Sequence record: KJ019142.1 | Strand: one strand, 5' to 3' | Length of the DNA: 64,000 nt | Shown here: one piece after another, positions 53,850-62,400 of the stretch | Layout of the letters: each line of letters opens with the position of its first letter | Position numbering within the stretch: the stretch's first letter is position 1 | Notes under the pieces: model-generated | The model's database searches: none | Seen by the model: only the letters and a program-made list of their open reading frames with translations | What the model was told of the DNA's origin: nothing | Translations under genes and position numbers: made by a program

Positions 53850-54325
53850 GGACAGGTTAGCCAGGGGGACAGATCGACAGTCCCCCGAATCGACAGGTCC
53901 CCCGCCCGTTGAGCCGATACCCCCGGATCGCGATACCAAAAGCAATAGGGGACCCAACTCGCAACCTACAAAAGTAAATATCGACTTCTATATCTCCCTC
54001 TTCCATTTTATTTTTCCCAGGGTCACCGAGCCCACAGAGTCGCCTATATTATTACCCCCCGTAGGGGATCTTCTTCCCAGTTTCCCAGGGTTCCCAAAAT
54101 TTCCCCAGGTAAAAATATTCCCCATAAGGTTACGCAGTAAACACGGAGTGTTTCTCTTCAAGGGAACTTCAAGTATCTCCCTGTCACTCTCACTCTCATT
54201 ATAACATATAATACTCTACATTACACACTGATACTCTGAGGTTCTAAACACAGAGATATGGTGTGGAACGTAGTGAAACTATGGTAGAATGTAGAAGTTC
54301 TATATACACCAGTTGTTACCCCTAT
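53850..54325. other. Long non-coding tract with short direct repeats (origin/regulatory candidate)
   Basis: No ORF of 60 aa or more; ATCGACAG(G)TCCCCCG x2, TTCCC(C)AG x4. Confidence 0.5.
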
Positions 54326-54329
54326 ATGA

Positions 54330-54494
54330 ATGAAAAAGGAAAACACGTTTATCACTGAGTTACAAGAGAATGTCTCCACGGGAGATCTAATGGCTTCTAT
54401 TCCTCCACAGGTCCTCTCAGAGATGGGATGGTATGAAGGTACAGAGGTCCGTTGGGTCGTCGATGGAAACGAGTTAGTTCTTATGGAGGCTTGA
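54330..54494 (+). CDS. AbrB/MazE/SpoVT-like swapped-hairpin DNA-binding protein (54 aa, absent from track)
   Basis: My translation MKKENTFITELQENVSTGDLMASIPPQVLSEMGWYEGTEVRWVVDGNELVLMEA fits G-x-x-x-x-IP-x-x-x-x-x-x-GW-x-x-G-x-x-V. Confidence 0.7.
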   Translation: MKKENTFITELQENVSTGDLMASIPPQVLSEMGWYEGTEVRWVVDGNELVLMEA

Positions 54495-54541
54495 TGTCTT
54501 CTGTAAGTTAGAAATCTTATGAAGTCTTAGAGACTAAAAAA

Positions 54542-54733
54542 ATGGCACAAAAAACATCCCTGTATCATATCTACGTCAACAAAGAGCCCATCTATGTCAA
54601 TCTAGATGAGGATGATTTTAAGCGAGAATATAGTTACCTGATGGGGTTTTTGGAGTTGACTAATCTAAAGAAAGATGCTACAATAGAGTATGAGGAGTGT
54701 GAGACGATACTCGGTTTAGAGTCGTCTTACTAA
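54542..54733 (+). CDS. Conserved cyanophage-type hypothetical protein
   Basis: LYHIYVNKEPIYVNLDEDDF. Confidence 0.65.
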   Translation: MAQKTSLYHIYVNKEPIYVNLDEDDFKREYSYLMGFLELTNLKKDATIEYEECETILGLESSY

Positions 54734-54772
54734 TCCTACATACTAGTATGAACACATTAATGGAGTATTGAA

Positions 54773-55540
54773 ATGGCAAAGGGTTTCACCGTGAAGGCGA
54801 AGACACCCCCTAAAGGAACCGAAGCTAAAAAGGCATCGGAATGGGATTATGATAAGGCTAAGGAGATTATGCGTGGTAAGAGCGTAGTATTCTGTCTCCC
54901 TGGTCGTGGCGTTAGTTATACGTATCTAAAGAACTTTGTTCAACTATGTTTTGACTTAGTTCAAATGGGAGCTTCGATTCAGATCTCTCAAGACTATAGT
55001 TCAATGGTTAACTTTGCACGTTGTAAGTGCTTAGGTGCCAACGTCCTACGGGGTCCTGATCAGATTCCATGGGATGGTCGCCTTAAGTACGATTACCAAC
55101 TCTGGATTGATAGTGATATCGTATTCAACACTGAGAAGTTCCTACAACTTGTTCTAATGGACAAGGACATCGCTTCTGGTTGGTATTGTACTGAAGACGG
55201 ACGTACCTCCTCTGTAGCCCACTGGCTAGAGGAAGATGACTTCGCCAAGAATGGTGGTGTTATGAACCATGAGAACCTAGAAACAATGGCTAAGCGTAAG
55301 AAGCCTTTCACGGTTGACTACACTGGCTTTGGTTGGGTCCTTATCAAGAATGGTGTATTCGAACATCCTGAGATGAAGTATCCATGGTTCGCACCTAAGA
55401 TGCAGATCTTTGAATCTGGTGATGTACAAGATATGTGTGGTGAAGACGTTAGCTTCTGTTTAGATGCTATCGAAGCTGGATTTGAGATCTGGTGTGACCC
55501 TCGTATCCGTGTTGGACACGAGAAGAGTAGAGTTATCTGA
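54773..55540 (+). CDS. GT-A-like glycosyltransferase conserved in cyanomyoviruses
   Basis: NFARCKCLG, WIDSDIVF, TGFGWVLIK, GEDVSFC, VGHEK. Confidence 0.8.
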   Translation: MAKGFTVKAKTPPKGTEAKKASEWDYDKAKEIMRGKSVVFCLPGRGVSYTYLKNFVQLCFDLVQMGASIQISQDYSSMVNFARCKCLGANVLRGPDQIPWDGRLKYDYQLWIDSDIVFNTEKFLQLVLMDKDIASGWYCTEDGRTSSVAHWLEEDDFAKNGGVMNHENLETMAKRKKPFTVDYTGFGWVLIKNGVFEHPEMKYPWFAPKMQIFESGDVQDMCGEDVSFCLDAIEAGFEIWCDPRIRVGHEKSRVI

Positions 55541-55544
55541 TATA

Positions 55545-55583
55545 GAGGAGGGTCTTGACAACCCTCCTTTTTTATGCTATAAT
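55545..55583 (+). promoter_or_regulatory. Box-less sigma70 promoter with terminator hairpin over -35
   Basis: AGGAGGGT-CTTGACA-ACCCTCCT-TTTTT; TTGACA-17-TATAAT. Confidence 0.85.
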
Positions 55584-55611
55584 TACGGAGTACCGTCAAG
55601 GAGTAACTTCC

Positions 55612-55887
55612 ATGATTAATATTTTCAGAAACAGCAAACGTATAAACAACCCCAATGTTCCAGACAGTTATCCTGTTCCCTTTCGTCACGCTGTCGATGT
55701 TTTGATCAACCAGCATCCACAGAGTACTATTACTAGAGAACATCTTTGTAGTCTCTTGAATAGGGAGAACGACGAAGAAATCAACTACGCTATCAAACTC
55801 GGCATTTGGGATTGCAAACATGCCGGTGTTATTGAGCAAGTATCTACAGACTACTATAGAATTACAGATAGGAAGAGTAAACAATGA
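55612..55887 (+). CDS. Hypothetical protein
   Basis: AGGAG RBS behind TTGACA-17-TATAAT; start revised. Confidence 0.6.
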   Translation: MINIFRNSKRINNPNVPDSYPVPFRHAVDVLINQHPQSTITREHLCSLLNRENDEEINYAIKLGIWDCKHAGVIEQVSTDYYRITDRKSKQ

Positions 55888-56048
55888 CTCACCTATATGA
55901 TATAATCATAGAAGGTCAGGTTATTCATAAGGGAGTATGTGAAGAGGAGTTTCTAGATCTTATGGAGATCTTCTCTTCCAACTATTATGAATGTGGGTTC
56001 CCCCATCCTGACACCATCTCTCACACAATGTATACTAAGGAGAACTAA
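55884..56048 (+). CDS. Small hypothetical protein resembling 54542 (absent from track)
   Basis: MTHLYDIIIEGQVIHKGVCEEEFLDLME... Confidence 0.6.
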   Translation: MTHLYDIIIEGQVIHKGVCEEEFLDLMEIFSSNYYECGFPHPDTISHTMYTKEN

Positions 56049-56179
56049 TGTACGGAAACACTAAGACTCAGGATGCGGCAAGACCTAAGAGAACCTCTCA
56101 AGGTCGTTCAGCAAACACTAAGATGAGTGCTACCTCACGAAACTCTCGTAAGAAGCGTTACCGCGGACAAGGTAGATAA
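56048..56179 (+). CDS. Small basic protein ending KRYRGQGR (absent from track)
   Basis: PKRTSQGRSANTKMSATSRNSRKKRYRGQGR, a family I recognise from T4-like marine phages. Confidence 0.7.
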   Translation: MYGNTKTQDAARPKRTSQGRSANTKMSATSRNSRKKRYRGQGR

Positions 56180-56186
56180 GATATCT

Positions 56187-56217
56187 AACCACCTCTAAAT
56201 ACTAGGGGTGGTTTTTT
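56187..56217 (+). terminator. Terminator hairpin with late promoter TAAATA overlapping its loop
   Basis: AACCACCTCTA-AATAC-TAGGGGTGGTT-TTTT. Confidence 0.75.
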
Positions 56218-56231
56218 AGTGCTATTTCTTT

Positions 56232-56840
56232 ATGGAAGTGTTGCATGAGTTTTTGAATGTACATCCAGATGACATGTGGGTGTATAACAAACTACAACTT
56301 TGTCGTAAGTTGGAGTATATCTGTGGACCTCTAGGGGCACCAGTACCCTTTCCTGGTTGGTATATCCTTAAGCCCGCTATAAACTTCCTTGGTATGGGAA
56401 GGAACTCAAGAAAGATATGGTTAACTCCTGAAGATAAGACAGAAAACTTTGGAATACCGGGTGAGTTTTGGTCTGAGTTCTTTGTAGGGGAACATATTAG
56501 TATAGATTATCACAAAAGACATCAGATATTAACTGTCAAGGGATACCCAGAGGATAAGAAACACATCTCTGAGTGCTCTAGATGGAAGAAGTGGACTAAA
56601 GTTGATAGAGAAGTACCATTCCCAGAAGTATTAGGGGATGTATGGAGGAACTATGCTACTATTAACATTGAATGCATTGGTGGAAATATGATTGAAGCCC
56701 ATGTTAGGGGTAACCCTGACTTTGTTTGGGGTAATGAAGAAGCTATTCCAGTGTGGAAAGGTGATAGAATAGATCCACCGGATGGTTATACATATGTCAA
56801 GAGTCCAGATTACGAAAGAGTTGGGTTCTACATCAAGTAA
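56232..56840 (+). CDS. ATP-grasp-like hypothetical protein
   Basis: YILKPAINFLGMG, SEFFVGEHISIDY, INIECIGGNMIEAHVRGNPDF. Confidence 0.6.
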   Translation: MEVLHEFLNVHPDDMWVYNKLQLCRKLEYICGPLGAPVPFPGWYILKPAINFLGMGRNSRKIWLTPEDKTENFGIPGEFWSEFFVGEHISIDYHKRHQILTVKGYPEDKKHISECSRWKKWTKVDREVPFPEVLGDVWRNYATINIECIGGNMIEAHVRGNPDFVWGNEEAIPVWKGDRIDPPDGYTYVKSPDYERVGFYIK

Positions 56841-56850
56841 ATAAAGTATC

Positions 56851-56880
56851 AGGGGATAGGAACCCCCTTAAAAGTTCTAT
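56851..56880 (+). ncRNA. Candidate H-type pseudoknot in a late 5' leader
   Basis: AGGGG/CCCCT stem; loop GAAC pairs with downstream GTTC after a TTAAAA linker; 8 nt after TAAATA at 56838. Confidence 0.5.
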
Positions 56881-56907
56881 AACTGTTGTTTTTAGGACTA
56901 TAGTACT

Positions 56908-57045
56908 ATGGGAAGACCAGTAGATCGTTCAGAAGGAGTTCTTTTAGTCACCGATTATGGTGCTCTTGAGTGGGCATTGAAGAAAAAGAAGGAAATGTCT
57001 AAGAGATGTCCGTCATGTTCTTGTCAGACAAAGGCAACTTCCTGA
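56908..57045 (+). CDS. Small hypothetical protein (absent from track)
   Basis: MGRPVDRSEGVLLVTDYG...CPSCSC. Confidence 0.5.
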   Translation: MGRPVDRSEGVLLVTDYGALEWALKKKKEMSKRCPSCSCQTKATS

Positions 57046-57053
57046 TAATACAC

Positions 57054-57069
57054 TAAATACAACTAAATA
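57054..57069 (+). promoter_or_regulatory. Tandem late promoters (gp25)
   Basis: CTAAATAC twice, 10 bp apart. Confidence 0.65.
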
Positions 57070-57079
57070 CGCAACAATA

Positions 57080-57484
57080 ATGGCAGAAGTCACACGTATT
57101 TCTAGGGCATTTAAGGACATTAGTCTCTCGTTCAAACCTCATCCGGTTACGGGAGATATTTCTGTGCTCAAAAACGAGAGAGCGATCAACAAATCTGTAC
57201 AGAATATCGTCGAAACCATTCCTGGTGAGAAGTTTTTCAATCCTAACTTTGGTTCTGACGTTAGATCAATGCTTTTTGAGTTAGTTGACTTTGGTAGTTC
57301 CGCATTAATTGAGGATCAGATCCTAACTTCCATTAATAACTACGAACCAAGAGTTAATAAAGTAAAAGTATCGGTAGATCCGAGACCTGATACTAATGAA
57401 TTCGAGGTTACTGTTAATTATGAAATCATAGGACAACCATTTCCTTCCCAAACATTCACATTCATCTTAGAGGCAACTAGGTAA
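57080..57484 (+). CDS. gp25: Baseplate wedge subunit gp25
   Basis: FKDISLSF, NERAINKSVQNI, PGEKFFNPNFGS, NYEPRV. Confidence 0.95.
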   Translation: MAEVTRISRAFKDISLSFKPHPVTGDISVLKNERAINKSVQNIVETIPGEKFFNPNFGSDVRSMLFELVDFGSSALIEDQILTSINNYEPRVNKVKVSVDPRPDTNEFEVTVNYEIIGQPFPSQTFTFILEATR

Positions 57485-59409
57485 TGGCATTTACTAAGTT
57501 CACTAACCTAGATTACGACCAGATTAAGGCGTCTATTAAGGATTATCTAAGAGCAAACTCAGATTTCACTGGGTTTGACTTTGATGGTTCTAACTTTTCT
57601 GTGCTAATTGATACTTTAGCATACAACGCCTACATCAACTCAGTAAATGCCAACATGATTGTCAATGAATCCTTTTTGGATTCAGCAGTCGTTAGGAGAA
57701 ACGTGGTTTCTCTTGCTGGAAATATCGGATATCTACCAAGATCAAAGAAAGCAGCACAAGCAAAGATTACACTTACTATTGCAACCGCCTCAGATACTCC
57801 TACGCTCACCCTGAAGGCGGGTTTGGTGTGTGTTGGGGCACAAGATAACACAAACTATGTGTTCTCCATTCCAGAGGATATTACGACACTAGTAAATGAT
57901 GGGGTTGCTCAGTTTGGAACTACTGAAGATCCCATTACTGTCTACCAAGGAACATATTTACAGAACTCCTTTACCTATGATGGGTCCTTAGATCAGAGAT
58001 TCATCATTACCAACTCCAATATGGACTACAGTACCCTTGTGGTGCGTGTTAAAGATCAAAATGAACAGACTCCTGGTAAAGTCTGGAACAGAGTAGAGAA
58101 TATTATCAAGATCAATAGGGATAGTGAGATATATTTCTTAGCAGAAGTTGAAAAGGAGTACTATGAACTCCTATTTGGTGATGGAATCTTTGGTAAGAAG
58201 CTAAAACAGGGACAACAACCTGTTGCAAGTTACATTTTGACTGATGGGTCATCAGGAAATGGACCTTCTAAGTTCAGTTATTCGGGTTCTGTGGTTAGTT
58301 CGACTGGTGGAGTGATAATCCCTACCAATACCATCGATATAACCACTGTAGAGAGTGCTAGGAATGGTGCAAATATTGAATCTGTTGACTCTGTAAGGTA
58401 TTATGCACCCAAACTCTATGGTGCTCAGTATAGAAGTGTCACTGCTCGTGATTATGAGGGTATTATTAAGGAAATTTACCCAAATACGGAGTCTGTCTCT
58501 GTTGTTGGTGGTGAAGAACTCGATCCACCCCAGTTTGGTAACGTTTTAATCAGTATCAAACCGGTAAATGGTACCGAAGTCTCTGATTTTGACAAAAAGA
58601 ATATATTGGAGGGGTTGAAACAGTACACAATCGCTGGAATCAACCAACAACTAGTGGATCTTAAGATTCTATTCGTCGAATTGGACTCTTATGTCTATTA
58701 TGATGTAACTAAAGTGGCATCTGCTGACTCTTTGAAGACAGAAGTCATTGGTTCACTCAATACTTACGCAAAATCAGTCGATCTTAACAAGTTTGGCGGT
58801 AGATTCAAGTATTCGAAGGCACAGAAGGTAATTGACGACACCAGTATCGCTGTTACCTCCAATATTACTCGTGTTGTTATCCGTAGAAACCTATCTGCAG
58901 CGATTGGGCAGTTTGCACAGTATGAATTGTGCTTTGGTAACGGTTTTCACATCAAAGCATCAGGTGGAAACATCAAAACCACTGGTTTCCGCATTACTGG
59001 GTTGAATGATGTTGTATATTTAACAGATACACCAAATAAAGATGCAAATGGAAATGTAGATAACTCAGGGAAGGGTAAGATTTCCGTAATTACTGGAATT
59101 GCCGATGATAATGGTAGTTTCCGATATACTGTTGTTATTGATAAGGCAGGAACAGTGGATTATACAAAAGGAGAGATAATGTTGAACACTTTACAGATAA
59201 GTTCTACTGTTAAACCCAATAGAATTGTTGAAGTACAGGCATACCCAACATCTAATGATATTATTGGTTTGAAGGACCTTTATGTGTCACTAGCTGTTCC
59301 TGATAGTGAGATAAATATGGTTAAGGATACTATTACCAGTGGTGAGCAAATCTCTGGTGTAGGATTCAAAGTAACCTCCAGTTACGGCAACGGCAAGTTA
59401 ACACGGTAA
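57484..59409 (+). CDS. gp6: Baseplate wedge subunit gp6
   Basis: LDYDQIKASIKDYLR, FDFDGSNFSVLIDTLAYN, ESFLDSA, FGDGIFGKK, QYRSVTARDYE. Confidence 0.95.
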   Translation: MAFTKFTNLDYDQIKASIKDYLRANSDFTGFDFDGSNFSVLIDTLAYNAYINSVNANMIVNESFLDSAVVRRNVVSLAGNIGYLPRSKKAAQAKITLTIATASDTPTLTLKAGLVCVGAQDNTNYVFSIPEDITTLVNDGVAQFGTTEDPITVYQGTYLQNSFTYDGSLDQRFIITNSNMDYSTLVVRVKDQNEQTPGKVWNRVENIIKINRDSEIYFLAEVEKEYYELLFGDGIFGKKLKQGQQPVASYILTDGSSGNGPSKFSYSGSVVSSTGGVIIPTNTIDITTVESARNGANIESVDSVRYYAPKLYGAQYRSVTARDYEGIIKEIYPNTESVSVVGGEELDPPQFGNVLISIKPVNGTEVSDFDKKNILEGLKQYTIAGINQQLVDLKILFVELDSYVYYDVTKVASADSLKTEVIGSLNTYAKSVDLNKFGGRFKYSKAQKVIDDTSIAVTSNITRVVIRRNLSAAIGQFAQYELCFGNGFHIKASGGNIKTTGFRITGLNDVVYLTDTPNKDANGNVDNSGKGKISVITGIADDNGSFRYTVVIDKAGTVDYTKGEIMLNTLQISSTVKPNRIVEVQAYPTSNDIIGLKDLYVSLAVPDSEINMVKDTITSGEQISGVGFKVTSSYGNGKLTR

Positions 59410-59421
59410 TAGGTATTAAAC

Positions 59422-62400
59422 ATGATCGGTACTGAGCTAGGTATTGACGTGAGAGTTAAGATTCAGGATGTGGTTTCCTCACAACTTCCTGATTATATTT
59501 TAAGTGAAGCTCCACTCACCGACGATTTTCTAAAACAGTTTTACATATCTCAGGAATACCAAGGCGGTACTGTAGATTTTGCGTCAAACCTAGATCAATA
59601 CCTCTCTCTGACAACACTTGGCAGTGAGAATCTTTATACTGCCTTTGAACTTACACAAGATGTAAGTATTGATGATACTATTATTCATGTTAATACTACA
59701 AGTACCTTCCCCAACGAATGGGGTCTTCTAAAGATTGATGATGAGATTGTCACCTATACCGGTCTCACCACAAACACCTTCACTGGAGTTGTAAGAGGTT
59801 TTAGTGGTATTTCTAGTTACAGAGATTCTGATAATCCTTCCGAACTTGTATTTGAAACCACAACCGCTGCCACTCACACTACAGAAACCAATGTTGAGAA
59901 TCTATCAACACTCTTCCTAAAGAATTTCTACGACAAACTCAAGTATACCTTTGCTCCTGGTTTTGAGAACCTAGAGTTCAATAGTGAAGTTAGTGTTGGT
60001 CAGTGGATTCGTCAGGCAAGATCATTCTACCAATCTAAGGGTAGTGAAGAGTCCTTCAAGATTCTATTCAGAGTATTATATGGTGAAGATCCTCTAGTTA
60101 TTGATCTAGAGCAGTTCCTTATCAAACCTTCCCAAGCAGAGTACTCTAGAAGGGACTATGCGGTTGCTATTCCAGTCAGTGGTAACCCTATAACCCTCAA
60201 GGGTAAGACAGTGTATCAGAGTGATGCAGAGGACGTGTTTGGTGCCATCTCAGAGATTGAGACATTTACTAGAGATAACAAATTATATTACAGAATCTAC
60301 TTCTTTGTTAGTAATGATGAAATTGCTAATGAGAGAAAACTATTCACTATCCCTGGTAGATCAAGAACACAGAGAGGATGGAATCAGGGTGACACTACAA
60401 TCACTGTAGATACTACTCTTGGGTTTAGGGATAACAACGAGTTTATCACTGAAGATGGAACTAAGTTTACATACTTGGAGAGAACTGTTAATCAGTTCCT
60501 AGGTGTTGAGTGTAGTGATACAGAGAAAACACTAGGTACTAATGAAGATATCATTGATGATATTACTATCTTTGGTATTAATGATGCTGGTGAGACTGTC
60601 TCACTACGTATGACTGGTGTTATCTCTGATATTGAGTTCCCCGATGAAGTCCCATTCACTACACCTGGGGAGAAGATATCTGTAGATACCTTAGGTGAGA
60701 ATATCATCTCTGCTGATGTAACTAGAAGTGAGCCTACACAGAGACAGATCATTGCTAATAGTTTCATCTATAACACTTCAGTAAGAATGGAAGTAGATGA
60801 ACTCAATGGTTCTGATTTCCAAATCAATACTGCCTACTTAGATAAAGCTTTCATTTCTCCTGGTGACTCTGTTGATATTCTCCAAAGAGGCTCGCAGCTT
60901 GTCTATGTCGCTAATCGCAAAGTAACCTCAGTTGACTATCTCAATAGTATTATAACAATCAATGACTCATTTGGCATCCCTTTAGATCAATCACTTGATA
61001 TCAGAAGGAATCAGAACTATGCAAAGAGTAGCACTACAGATATTGAGTATGGTCAGAACTCTGTCCTATCCAATGTTCTGAATCTTTATGATGCAACAGA
61101 GTTTGATGGTAACTTCTATGTTGCAACTAACTCCCTACCTTCCTATGATATGGAAGTTAAAGTTGTTGAGAGTATCCTCACTGGAATCACTACTTCTAAC
61201 TTTGAAGGATATAACTCATTCACTGATCAGTATTCAACAATTATCTTTGATTCTGCCACTTCATTCATAACTGGTGATCTAATTTCATATAGAGTTATCT
61301 CAGTAGAAAGAACAGGTATTCCCCTTATCACTGAAGGTGAATACTTTGTAGAGGTTCTCAGCAACCCCAGAAAGATTAAACTATATGTATCACCTTCCTT
61401 TATTGGAAGTGATAACTTTGTTGGATTCGTATATAACGATGCAGTAGGTGCTCATGCATTCACTCTAGAGGAACAGAAAGATAGAAGAATCAATACTAAG
61501 AATGTATTCAAGAAGATTCCCTTCACAGCAACCAAACAGAATATCACTATCCCTAGAACACCCGATGTAACCCCCTCAGGTTCCCCTGTGGCAGTTCTTA
61601 CTAATGGTGTAGAGGTATTGTCATATAAGTCACCAGATAAGGTGTTCTTGGGTCCTTTAGAAGAAGTTGTTCCTGTTGCTTCTGGTGAGGGTTATAGTGT
61701 TATTGGACCACCCAATATCCTAATCACACCACCTAATATTCAAGTTACAGATCCAACTGGTATTCCTACTGATGGTGGTGTTGCTAGAGTATCACCAGTT
61801 ATCTCTGGTAGGTTGAAGAAGATCTATATCGATCCACAAGACTTTGATATTGAGGAAGTATTCTCAATCACTGTTGTTGGTGGTAACAGTCGTGGTGCCA
61901 CAGCAAAACCACAGATTTCTAAGAGAACTCGTTCTATCCCCTTTGATACGAGACTTGATATCTACGGTGGTGGTATTAATCCAAATGAAGAGACCATCCT
62001 ATTCTTAACTGAACACAAACTCGCCAAGGGTGATGCAATTATCTACGAAAACAACGATACACAAAGTATTGGTGTTAACGTTGCTGGTGGTAGTAACATC
62101 TATAATGGCCAGACACTATCTAACGGTGCTGTGTATTTTGCAGAACCCCTTAATAATGTAACCATTAAGATCTATGAGACTCTAGAAGATTTGAACTTGG
62201 GTATCAATACCGTTGGGTTCACTTCAAGTCAAACTGGGTTTGGTGTTCAGGACTTTACTACTATTCCTAGAAACCAACTCACTGGTGCTTTCATCACAGA
62301 TGATGGTGGTGAGTTTGTATATCGTAAGATGGAGTTCCAACCAGAGAACATCTATCCTGAGTATGATGAGTTGAGATACGACGGTCATGGTTTCTCCAGT

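Noticed and set aside
55318-55884. 188-aa minus-strand ORF and similar antisense ORFs (12941, 16303, 46139)
   Set aside because: Antisense to well-supported genes and promoters, with no recognisable motifs.
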